Below are positions 40,024-48,358 of a stretch of DNA of 64,000 bases, piece after piece (the first letter of the stretch is position 1; each line of letters begins with the position of its first letter). The stretch is from an uncultured delta proteobacterium (lineage in GTDB: Bacteria > Myxococcota_A > Polyangia > Fen-1088). The stretch is from NCBI GenBank assembly GCA_963767925.1, contig CAVYGB010000010.1:832001-896000 (forward strand), written 5' to 3'. A program made the translations under genes and the position numbers. The notes beneath the pieces were generated by a model. The model worked only from the letters and a program-made list of their open reading frames with translations, ran no database searches and was not told the origin of the DNA.

Positions 40024-40330
40024 ATGGGAGTTCGGAGGGCGTGTGCTCAGCTCGCTTTGTCTCGGACGTCGGGGTGGGGCGGGCGGCGGAAGGGGGCCGG
40101 GCGGCCTCCGCTTCCGGGGCGGCGGCGACCCGCGCCCCATCGGGCTCTGGCGGAGCACAAGGGGGCGCATCCGGTGCACATGACCTTGCGGGCCCGGACG
40201 GGGTTGGCTTTGCGGGGCAAGCGGGTGTTCGGGGAGTTGCGGGAGTGCTTCCGGGCGGCCAGCTCGACGGGGTTCCGGGTGGTGCAGTTCTCGGTTCAGG
40301 TCGATCACTGCTGCTGATTGTTTTTTGGTG
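40024..40330 (+). pseudogene. Truncated HUH tyrosine transposase (IS200/RAYT-like)
   Basis: WGGRRKGAGR, PVHMTLR, GFRVVQFSVQVDH, then frameshift/stop at the HUH motif; no catalytic Tyr region follows. Confidence 0.65.
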
Positions 40331-40486
40331 GCAGAGCCTGAGCAGAGGCGGAGCTGAACAGGGCAGCCTGAGCGGAGGCGGATGCCAGCGGAGGGGATGC
40401 CAGCAGAGGGGATGCCAGCGGAGGCGCGCGCGAGCCGTCGGGTGGGAGCCGAGTTGATCGGGCTCGTGGGGAAGGGGTCGGGCGGG

Positions 40487-41341
40487 CTAGCGGAACTTGT
40501 CTTGCATGGCTTTGAGGCCGGGGATGACATCGAGGAGGTAGTCGAAGGCGGGGTCGAACTTTTGCAGGAGGGAGCGCTGGTGTCGGCCGACGATGATGGT
40601 GAAGACGTAGGCTTCGTGGCCCGGGGAGGTGACGGTCGGGTGGTAGCCGCTCTCGAAGGCGAAGGTGTCGCCGGTGCGGGTCACGTGGGCCATGGGCTGG
40701 GCCCGGGGATCTCGATCGGCCGAGGGGTACCAGAGCTGGGCGCCGAAGCCGGTCTCGGGGCGGTATCGGTAGTGGTAGATCTCCTGGAACTCGGTCTCGG
40801 ACGGGGGGCGCTCTTCGTCGTGCTTGTGGGGTGGGTAGCCGGACCAGCAGCCGGGGTCGGCCCGTAGCTCGCTGACCAGGAGGTTGCCGGCGCGGCCGTT
40901 GGCGTTCTGGCCGAGGATGTGGAAGATGCGGCGGCGCGAGTGGGTCTCGGCGGAGCCGACCTCCACCATCTGGATGGCTTCGGGCTCGATGCGGAACGGG
41001 GCGTGCTCTTCGGCGCAACGGCCGCCGGCGACGGCCACCTCGGCCGGGCCACCCCGGGCGGCCACCACCACCTCGGCCCGGGTGCCGGCGTAGACCGAGT
41101 CGGCGGGGCCGGACCAGATGTCGGCGCGACGACCCACCTCGGCAAAACGCTGGCCGCCGACCGTGATGTCGGCGCGCCCAGAAAGAACGACGAACACCGT
41201 CTCGAACCCTGGCTCGTGGATCCGGATCTGCTCGCCCTCGGCCAGGCGCAGGAGGTTGAAATAACAGAGGTCCATCGGCGCGGCGCCGGCCGGCACGATG
41301 GGACGGTTGTCGACCGGGCGCGTGCGAACGAAGGTGGGCAT
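40487..41341 (-). CDS. iolB: 5-deoxy-glucuronate isomerase (KduI/IolB family)
   Basis: LLVSE, WSGYPPHKHD, EIYHYR, GFGAQ, GYHP. Confidence 0.88.
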   Translation of the reverse strand: MPTFVRTRPVDNRPIVPAGAAPMDLCYFNLLRLAEGEQIRIHEPGFETVFVVLSGRADITVGGQRFAEVGRRADIWSGPADSVYAGTRAEVVVAARGGPAEVAVAGGRCAEEHAPFRIEPEAIQMVEVGSAETHSRRRIFHILGQNANGRAGNLLVSELRADPGCWSGYPPHKHDEERPPSETEFQEIYHYRYRPETGFGAQLWYPSADRDPRAQPMAHVTRTGDTFAFESGYHPTVTSPGHEAYVFTIIVGRHQRSLLQKFDPAFDYLLDVIPGLKAMQDKFR

Positions 41342-41409
41342 GGGGGCGCGAGACTACCGCAGCACGCGGCGCGCGTGCCTTTTGGAAAACGCGACACTAC
41401 CTTTCTGAG

Positions 41410-42396
41410 GTGGCGACGCGGCGAGCGATATGGACCGGATCCATCAACTTCGGACTGGTGAACATCCCGGTGCGCCTTTTCACGGCCACCACCTCCCATG
41501 ACATCGCGTTTCACCAGTTCCAGGCCAAGACCGGACAGCGCATCCACCACAAGCGGGTGGCCGAGCGCACCGGCCGGGAGGTCGCCTTCGATCAGATCGT
41601 GAAGGGCTTCGAGGTCGGCAAGGGCAAGGTGGTGCTCCTCGAACCCAGGGAGCTCGAGGCGCTCGAGCCAACGCGCGGCCGCACCATCGAGATCGAGCAG
41701 TTCGTCGACCTGCACGAGATCGATCCGATCCTCTGGGACAGCACGTATTACGTCGGGGCCAACGGGAGCCAGGGGGCGGCGAAGTCCTACGAGCTCCTGC
41801 GCCGGGCGATGGAGGAGTCGGAGAAGGTCGGCATCGGCCGCTTCGTCATGCGGACCAAGGAGTACCTCGTCACCGTGCGCCCCTTCGGGCGGGGGCTGGC
41901 CCTCGAGACGATGTATTACGCCGACGAGATCCGGGATCAGGAGGAGGCGGCGGGGCCGCCCAGCAAGGCGACAATCCCGGCGCGCGAGGTGGCGATGGCC
42001 AAGCAGCTCATCGAGGCCATGAGCGCCCCCTTCGATCTGAAGAAGTTCAAGGACAGCTACCGCGACAAGGTCAAGGACCTGGTCCACAAGAAGGCGCGCG
42101 GCGAGGAGATCGTCGTGGAGGAGTCGCCCGAGCAGCCCGCCGGGGTGGTCGACCTGATGGAGGCCCTGAAGGCCAGCTTGCAACGGGATGGGGCCAACGG
42201 GCACGGCGGCCGGACCGGACGGACTTCTGGCGGCGGCAAGGCGAAGGCCGGTTCCCCCGCGCGGGCCTCCGGCCGGAACCGGGACAGAACCAGCAAAGTG
42301 GCGACCAAGGCGACGAGCAGGTCGGCGACCAAGGCGACGAGCAGGTCGGCGGCCGGACGCGCGGGCCGAAAGACCAGGGAGTCACGCGCGGCCTGA
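41410..42396 (+). CDS. ku: Non-homologous end-joining protein Ku
   Basis: RAIWTGSINFGLVNIPV, IVKGFE, IEIEQFV, YELLRRAM, VVDLMEALKASL, basic tail. Confidence 0.95.
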   Translation: MATRRAIWTGSINFGLVNIPVRLFTATTSHDIAFHQFQAKTGQRIHHKRVAERTGREVAFDQIVKGFEVGKGKVVLLEPRELEALEPTRGRTIEIEQFVDLHEIDPILWDSTYYVGANGSQGAAKSYELLRRAMEESEKVGIGRFVMRTKEYLVTVRPFGRGLALETMYYADEIRDQEEAAGPPSKATIPAREVAMAKQLIEAMSAPFDLKKFKDSYRDKVKDLVHKKARGEEIVVEESPEQPAGVVDLMEALKASLQRDGANGHGGRTGRTSGGGKAKAGSPARASGRNRDRTSKVATKATSRSATKATSRSAAGRAGRKTRESRAA

Positions 42397-42414
42397 CACG
42401 GTAAACTACCAGCC

Positions 42415-43098
42415 ATGCGGGGGCTGGTGACGTGGGTGCTCGTGTGCGGTCTTGTCGGTTGTGCGCGCGCGCCCGCGACGCCGACCGAGCCACCCGCCCC
42501 ACCCGAGCCGGAGACGGCGGCCGGGCCCGCGCCCGACGAGACAGCCGCCGGCCCCGGTACGGCAGAGCAGGCCGAAGCGGCGGCAGCCGAGGCGGCGGCA
42601 GCCGAGGCGGGCGCGATCGCGGAGACCGCCGAGCCGACTCCGACCGCAGACGTCCAGGGGGCTCCGCCACCCGCGGGCAAGGTTCGCCCGGGCCGCCGCA
42701 AGGCCGGGACGCGGGCACGCGCACGCGCGGCCGCCCGACGTGTCCAGACGCCGGCGGCGCGCGCAGCTTCTGCGCTGCCGGCCGCCCCCTCCTCACCTGG
42801 ACCCGCAGCGGCGCCCGCCCCACCCGCTTCATCGTCCTCCGCCGGCGCGCCGGTCGCCGCCTACGCCGGACCCGATCGGTGCAAGACGGCCGTGCGGGGC
42901 GACTCACCTGTCGCGCGCGCTTGCCGGCAAGGTGGCAACAAGGCAGCGAAGACGGCGATGAAGGACATGCTCCGCCGGGGCCAGGCCCGCGGCATGAAGT
43001 TCGAGTGCGACGACTGCCACCGCAACGAGACCGACTTCAGCGAGCTGTCGCCGGGCGCGCGCGAGCAGTTCAGCAACCTCCTCTCCGCGATCAAGTGA
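42415..43098 (+). CDS. Lipoprotein with Ala/Pro stalk and C-terminal CxxCH (putative monoheme cytochrome c)
   Basis: Lipobox LVGC; CDDCH; two extra Cys and several Met upstream. Confidence 0.6.
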   Translation: MRGLVTWVLVCGLVGCARAPATPTEPPAPPEPETAAGPAPDETAAGPGTAEQAEAAAAEAAAAEAGAIAETAEPTPTADVQGAPPPAGKVRPGRRKAGTRARARAAARRVQTPAARAASALPAAPSSPGPAAAPAPPASSSSAGAPVAAYAGPDRCKTAVRGDSPVARACRQGGNKAAKTAMKDMLRRGQARGMKFECDDCHRNETDFSELSPGAREQFSNLLSAIK

Positions 43099-43229
43099 GG
43101 CGCGCCCGCAAACTCTGCGGGAAAACCACTCCGTCGCACGGCGACGTACCGTACACGGCCGGGTTTGTGCGGGTGTGCGAGCTGGTTCCTAGATGAGTCC
43201 CCTTGCGACCAGCAGCACGCTCGTAAACA

Positions 43230-45017
43230 ATGAGGGGGATGTTCTTAGGGACCCGCACGGTCTCGCTAGCGGCATTCGTGTTCCTGACCGTCGGTTCTCT
43301 GGGGTCCGCTGGCGCGGCGCCGGGGACGGAGATGCGATGCGCTGTGCTGCGCTACGCCTTCCAGCCCGAGTGCTTCGAGCCGCCCTGTCCGGCCATCAAG
43401 CGCAAGCTCGGTGACCGGCTCGATCTGGGACCGCAGGTCGCCGTCTGGGTCGAGACCGCCGATCGCAGCCGCTTCATCGACACCTTGATGGTCACCAACC
43501 TCACCGCCCGCCGGGGCGTCGGCAACCGCCCGGGGCTGAGCATCCTGCCCTCGGGGCCCAAACATCCGTACGGCAAGCGGCTGATGGTGCTGCCGGTGTG
43601 GGCCTGGGCGCGGGGCAAGCTCTACCCCCAGGTGGTCATGCAGGACAGCCACGAGGAGTGGATGGGGTTTCACGAGTCGACCTCCTCGCCCGATCCGTAT
43701 TACTGCCGCCCCATGGGCCTGGCCGAGGTCGACGTCGACGCCATCAGTTGCCCGACGAAGGTCTTCAACAGCGCCAAGGGCCGGCTGGCCAGCGAGCTGC
43801 CGAAGATCCCCTACCCGCCCCGCAACGACCTGATGCAGTTCCTCGATCGGGACTGCGACGTCCCCTCCTCGCCGAGCGGCTGCAACAAGAGCGCCGAGCA
43901 GTTCCGGACCCTCAACGACCTCGACTCGGTGGCGGCGGCGACGCCCCCCTTCGAGCAGGTCTACCGGGGACAGTGGACGATCGCCTCGCAGCTCCCCGCC
44001 AGCGGCGACTATGCCCTGGTCGTCGAGGTCAACCGGGAGTTCGACCAGAACGCCTACTACCGGACCACGGCCTACGAGGACCGGAAGCTGAGCGGCAGCG
44101 GGTTCACCCAGACCGGCTTTCCCAACAACCTCGGCCAGCCCTCGGTTGTCTACCGGGTCCCCTTCCGCATCGACGGCTCCGCGAGCGCGGGGGTGGCCAC
44201 CACCATCGCCGGCTACGGCGCGGCCGACGGCGTGAACGGCGCCCTCAGCGCGCCCGACAGCACCATCAGCCAGACGCCGGGCTCCGGGGCCGGGCGGCTG
44301 CGGACGGTGCCGGCGCCCTGGAGCGACGGCGCGGCCGGGCCGGGCAAGGTGTTCGTGCGCCTGGAGGGCTGCGCCGACCAGGCCGTCAAGCAGGACGAGT
44401 GCAACCCGCGCCCGGCGGCGCCCCTCGCCGTCACCGACGTCAGCGTGGTGGACGCCCAGGCCACCACCGCGCTGATCGAGTTCCGACACGCCGCCGACGA
44501 CGGCAAGCCGGTGGGCAGCTACGACATCCGCCTGCGCCAGGGCAAGCCCGGCTCGGAGGAGAACTTCATCGAGGGGGTCCCGGTCGGACGGGTGGATCCC
44601 GAGAAGCCCGGGACGATGGCCAACGTGGAGCTGAACGAGCTCAAGCCGCTGACCGACTACGTGCTGGGGGTGCGGGCGCTCGGGCGCTGCGGGACCCAGT
44701 CGACGCTGGTGCAGAAGCCGTTCACCACCGCCGATCTCGAGTTCAAGCAGCTCACCGGCTGCTTCGTGGCCACGGCCGCCTACGGGTCGGCGCTGGCCCC
44801 GGCGGTGGGGAGCCTGCGGGCGGTCCGCGACCGGGCCCGCGACGGCAGCGCCCTGGCGGCCACGGTCGTCGATCTGTACGAGCGGTCGAGCCCGCCGGTG
44901 GCCGCGTTGCTCCGGCAGAGCCAGGGGCTCCGGGCGGCGGTCCGGCGGCTGCTGGCCCCGGCCCTGCGGGTGGCCGAGACGCTGGCGCCCGCTGGCGCCG
45001 GGCGCCCGGCCCGCTAA
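43230..45017 (+). CDS. Secreted protein: DUF2271-like N-domain, FN3 domain, CFI-box-CTERM tail
   Basis: Signal peptide; PQVAVWVE..FIDTL; FN3 (YDIR...LKPLTDYVLGVRA); GCFVATAAYGS...LRAVRD...YE.SPPVA. Confidence 0.65.
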   Translation: MRGMFLGTRTVSLAAFVFLTVGSLGSAGAAPGTEMRCAVLRYAFQPECFEPPCPAIKRKLGDRLDLGPQVAVWVETADRSRFIDTLMVTNLTARRGVGNRPGLSILPSGPKHPYGKRLMVLPVWAWARGKLYPQVVMQDSHEEWMGFHESTSSPDPYYCRPMGLAEVDVDAISCPTKVFNSAKGRLASELPKIPYPPRNDLMQFLDRDCDVPSSPSGCNKSAEQFRTLNDLDSVAAATPPFEQVYRGQWTIASQLPASGDYALVVEVNREFDQNAYYRTTAYEDRKLSGSGFTQTGFPNNLGQPSVVYRVPFRIDGSASAGVATTIAGYGAADGVNGALSAPDSTISQTPGSGAGRLRTVPAPWSDGAAGPGKVFVRLEGCADQAVKQDECNPRPAAPLAVTDVSVVDAQATTALIEFRHAADDGKPVGSYDIRLRQGKPGSEENFIEGVPVGRVDPEKPGTMANVELNELKPLTDYVLGVRALGRCGTQSTLVQKPFTTADLEFKQLTGCFVATAAYGSALAPAVGSLRAVRDRARDGSALAATVVDLYERSSPPVAALLRQSQGLRAAVRRLLAPALRVAETLAPAGAGRPAR

Positions 45018-45027
45018 GATAGCCGCC

Positions 45028-45495
45028 GTGCGCGCGGGGCGAGCTCTGCCAGGCAAGTGGGTGACGGCGGCGGCTCTCGCCGTCCTGCTGGGCGGGGCCG
45101 GCTGCGAAGATCTCAAGCAGTTCGCGGGCGGCTGGGCGGGCGAGATCTCGCGCGACCCCCAGCTCCAGCACGGCTTCGCGGCGGCGGCCGTCCTCGCGGC
45201 GCGGGTGGCCTCGGCGGGCCGGTACGGCATCGACATGACCCTCACCCTGCCGGGAGAGGCGGGCGCGCTGCGCTTCGAGCCGATCCGCCACGCGGCCGGA
45301 GACGTGCTGGCGGACGTGCGCCTCGCGGGCGAGCCGCTGCGCACCTTCTTCGGCTTCGTGAGCCCGGTCGACAAGGCCCCCTACCTCACCATCGTGTCGC
45401 TCTACGCGGAGGAGCGCCTCGAAGTGCGCCTCATCCGCGGTCCGGACGAGGCCTACGGGGTCTTCGCCCTCACCCGCCTGCCTGACCCGCCCTAG
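45028..45495 (+). CDS. Hypothetical lipoprotein
   Basis: Lipobox GAGC; 10 bp after the upstream stop. Confidence 0.65.
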   Translation: MRAGRALPGKWVTAAALAVLLGGAGCEDLKQFAGGWAGEISRDPQLQHGFAAAAVLAARVASAGRYGIDMTLTLPGEAGALRFEPIRHAAGDVLADVRLAGEPLRTFFGFVSPVDKAPYLTIVSLYAEERLEVRLIRGPDEAYGVFALTRLPDPP

Positions 45496-45651
45496 GCCGA
45501 TTGCCTGGCCGTGCCTGGCCGTCCCCCCCGGAGTCCGCGCAATTTTTGCCGGCCCGGAGGTCGGGGTCGGCCGGACCTCTGTGGATACGCGTTTTGACTT
45601 CCGGGGCCCCGAACCCAGCTTGTTTGTTCAACCGGGTGAAGGAGGCGAACG

Positions 45652-45882
45652 ATGAGCGACGAGACGAAGGGGAAGCTGGAGAACCTGAAGGGCCGCGCGA
45701 AGCAGGCCGCCGGGTCGCTGAGCGGCGACAAGGGGCTGGAGGCGGAGGGGGCCTTCGACCGCGCCAAGGGCGCCGTGCGCGAGAAGGTGGGCGAGGCCAA
45801 GCGCAAGCTCGACGACAAGCGGAAAGAGAACGAGGACGAGGACACGGGCAAGAAGGACGAAGAAGACGAAGACGTGGTCTAG
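45652..45882 (+). CDS. CsbD-family stress protein
   Basis: AAGGAGG RBS; KGRAKQAAGSLSGD..LEAEG..D.AKG. Confidence 0.9.
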   Translation: MSDETKGKLENLKGRAKQAAGSLSGDKGLEAEGAFDRAKGAVREKVGEAKRKLDDKRKENEDEDTGKKDEEDEDVV

Positions 45883-45984
45883 CAGCCCGTCGCTGCTAGC
45901 GGCCACGGCCGAGCGTCGATCCCTTCCCGGGTTGGGAGAGGTCGACGCGGGGCTGTTCCTGGTGAGCGCCCGGGCGGGCAACCG

Positions 45985-46029
45985 CCCCTCACCCATTCCC
46001 TCTCCCCGCGGCAGACGCGGGGCGAGGGC
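45985..46029 (+). repeat. Solo REP-like hairpin repeat
   Basis: CCCCTCACCCATTCCCTCTCCCCGCGGCAGACGCGGGGCGAGGGC, same family as 17722 and 36328. Confidence 0.75.
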
Positions 46030-46120
46030 TGACGGGCAGGGGTAGGCGCGGGCAGGTTGCTCCGGGTAGGAGCGCTCGGGCAGGGAGGTGCTCCGAGCAG
46101 GAGCGCTCGGGCCGGCTCTG

Positions 46121-46744
46121 TCAGACGGGGAAGCCGTGGGTGCGGAGGGCGGCGATGGTGGCGGGGGCGTCGACGTGGTGCACGGCGGCCATGCCGAGGG
46201 CGCGAGCAGCGGCGGCGTTGGCGGCGTTGTCGTCGATGAACAGCGCCTCGGCGGGGGCGAAGCCGCCCCGCTGGAACAGCACCTGGAAGATGCGGGGGTC
46301 GGGCTTGACCAGCTTCTCCTCGCCCGACACGACGATGTCGCGGAAGCGGCCCAGGAAGGGGTATTGCCGCCGGGCCCAGGGGAAGGTGTCGGCCCCCCAG
46401 TTCGTGAGGGCGTAGAGGGGGGTGCCGGCCGCGTGAAGGCGGTCCAGCACCGCCACCATCTCGGCGTGGGGGGCGGCGAACATCTCCACGAAACGATCGT
46501 GGAAGGCGGCGATGTGCGCGGCGTGCTCGGGAAACCGGGCCTGCAGGGGGGGCACGATGTCCTCGGGCAGGGCCCCGGCGTCCACCTGCTCGTGCCAGGC
46601 GTGGGTGCAGATGGCCCCCAGGAACCACTCGACCCGCGCGGGGTCGTCGTAGATCTTCCGGTAGAGGTGGCGCGGGTTCCAGTCGATGAGCACGCCGCCC
46701 AGATCGAAGACGACCCGCGAGGGGCGAGGGGCGGGGTCGCTCAG
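46121..46744 (-). CDS. HAD-family phosphatase
   Basis: VVFDLGGVLIDWN, LTNW, KPDPRIF, FIDD..AN; start inferred at CTG overlapping the upstream stop. Confidence 0.85.
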   Translation of the reverse strand: MSDPAPRPSRVVFDLGGVLIDWNPRHLYRKIYDDPARVEWFLGAICTHAWHEQVDAGALPEDIVPPLQARFPEHAAHIAAFHDRFVEMFAAPHAEMVAVLDRLHAAGTPLYALTNWGADTFPWARRQYPFLGRFRDIVVSGEEKLVKPDPRIFQVLFQRGGFAPAEALFIDDNAANAAAARALGMAAVHHVDAPATIAALRTHGFPV

Positions 46745-47088
46745 CCGTTACCGCCCATCTGCAGGAGCTTGGACAGGCGGGGGGCCAGGTTGGCGTCGCC
46801 GGTCACCTTGAGCTTGCCGCTGAAGAAGAGCTGCATCGCCGCCGGCATGCCGCCGTCGATCATGCTCCGGAAATCGGCGTCGGTGGCCTCGATGGTACAT
46901 TGCGGTACACCGGCTTCCCCGCGCACACAGGTGGGCGGGTTCGACTGCAGGTCGGCGGTCCAGGTCCCGCCGTCATCTCCGGAGATCTTGAACCGGTAGA
47001 TGGCCGCGACGTCCTTGGCCTTCTCGGGCTGGGTGCGCAGCACCTCGGGAACCTTGTTGTCGAAGAACTCCTTCACGGACGTGGGCAT
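46741..47088 (-). CDS. SCP2 sterol/lipid-binding domain protein
   Basis: GGAGG RBS; F.ISG..GGTW, MQLFFSGKLKVTGD.NLA. Confidence 0.88.
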   Translation of the reverse strand: MPTSVKEFFDNKVPEVLRTQPEKAKDVAAIYRFKISGDDGGTWTADLQSNPPTCVRGEAGVPQCTIEATDADFRSMIDGGMPAAMQLFFSGKLKVTGDANLAPRLSKLLQMGGNG

Positions 47089-47139
47089 GGCAACCTCCCT
47101 GAGGGGAAGGCCGAATCATTGACGCCGTTGGCGTCCCTG

Positions 47140-48309
47140 TCAAACCTGCGGCACCGAAGAGCTGCCCTGCAGGCGGCTGCGGGCCGCGCGCCAGAGCCGG
47201 CGCACCTGGGTGGCGGAGCGTGAAAACTGGCCGCCCAGGGTGGCGTTGAACAGGTGCAGGTCCATCACCGCCTCGGTCTGGCAGGCGTAGTCTTCCTTGT
47301 AAGAGCCCTCGGCCCCCACCAGGAAGTCGAAGCGGCGTTGCCGGTTGACGAACCCCCACTCGATGACCTGCGACAGGGTCAGCAGCCCGGGCGAGACGTT
47401 CCCGAAGGCGGAGGTGTCGAACCCGCTCTGGTAGTAGTAGATCGTGCCCGCGAACACGACGTTGTAGAGGGCGGCCACGCACCGGCCGTCCTTCCACCAC
47501 ATGCGCAGGTCGAGCCAGCCCCGCGCCAGCAGGCGGGGCAACACCAGGCGGTGGAACTCCTGGAACTTCTCGCTCTGCCAGGCCGAGCCCTCGCCCTTTT
47601 CCCCCTGCCGCTGCCGGCTGAGGCGGGCGATCTCGGTGAGGAAGCGGGGCAGCTCGTCGGCCGACTCCACCCGCCGTTCGGTCAGCCCGCCCTCCTTCTC
47701 CATGCGGCGGCGGTAGTAATAGATGCGCTTCTTGCGCTGCTTCGACAGCCCGTCGACGTAGGCGGTAAAGTCGCCCCGAGAGAGGTCGACGAAGAAACGC
47801 TCGCCCGCGGGGTGGGCGTCGACCGACAGGCCGCTGTCGCGCGCCATGGGGCGCAGGTAGCGACAGAGCAGGGAGCTCTCCAGCAGGTTGCCCCAGCGGG
47901 CCTCGTCCCAGCTCGCCCGCTCGCGCCGCAGACAGCGCCAGACCTCGTCGCACACCAGCGCCTCGAAGCCGGCGGCGGCGATGAGGTCGGGGAAATCGCT
48001 GCACACCTCGTCGGCCTCGTCCTCGCCGGTGCCGAGGAAAAACAGCCTCCGGATCGAGGGGCGGGCCAGCCCCCGCACCTCCCGCACAACCAGCGGCGCC
48101 AGGCCGACCAGGACGCCGTCCTGGCGCACGCCGATGACCAGCAGGCGGAAGCGCCCCCCCGCCCCGAACACCTGCCACCAGCTGATCAGCCACTCGTAGG
48201 TGCGGAACACCTCCGGGGCGCTCGACCGCGCCAAAAGCTGCTGCCACTCGTCCTCGATCCGCTGGAGCTCTTCGACGCTCCGGAGCACGAACGTATCGAC
48301 AGTCGCCAT
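47140..48309 (-). CDS. GNAT N-acetyltransferase, CelD/BcsL-like (second copy)
   Basis: EWQQL...F.TYEWL.SWW, LVGLAPL, YYQSGFD, SPG, FDFL.G...YK. Confidence 0.85.
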   Translation of the reverse strand: MATVDTFVLRSVEELQRIEDEWQQLLARSSAPEVFRTYEWLISWWQVFGAGGRFRLLVIGVRQDGVLVGLAPLVVREVRGLARPSIRRLFFLGTGEDEADEVCSDFPDLIAAAGFEALVCDEVWRCLRRERASWDEARWGNLLESSLLCRYLRPMARDSGLSVDAHPAGERFFVDLSRGDFTAYVDGLSKQRKKRIYYYRRRMEKEGGLTERRVESADELPRFLTEIARLSRQRQGEKGEGSAWQSEKFQEFHRLVLPRLLARGWLDLRMWWKDGRCVAALYNVVFAGTIYYYQSGFDTSAFGNVSPGLLTLSQVIEWGFVNRQRRFDFLVGAEGSYKEDYACQTEAVMDLHLFNATLGGQFSRSATQVRRLWRAARSRLQGSSSVPQV

Positions 48310-48358
48310 CGGGCCAACGCTAAACTTGCGCTGGGTCTCCCCGAGGCGCAAGCACCGG

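Noticed and set aside
31001..41341. myo-inositol operon (iolA plus iolB)
   Set aside because: The genes are 8 kb apart, iolC/D/E/G are not adjacent, and mmsA is tightly coupled to the URC genes; shared use of the enzyme is not excluded
46058..46112. Two-copy 24-bp direct repeat TGCTCCG.G.AGGAGCGCTCGGGC
   Set aside because: Only two imperfect copies with a 7-bp gap; too little to assign a function
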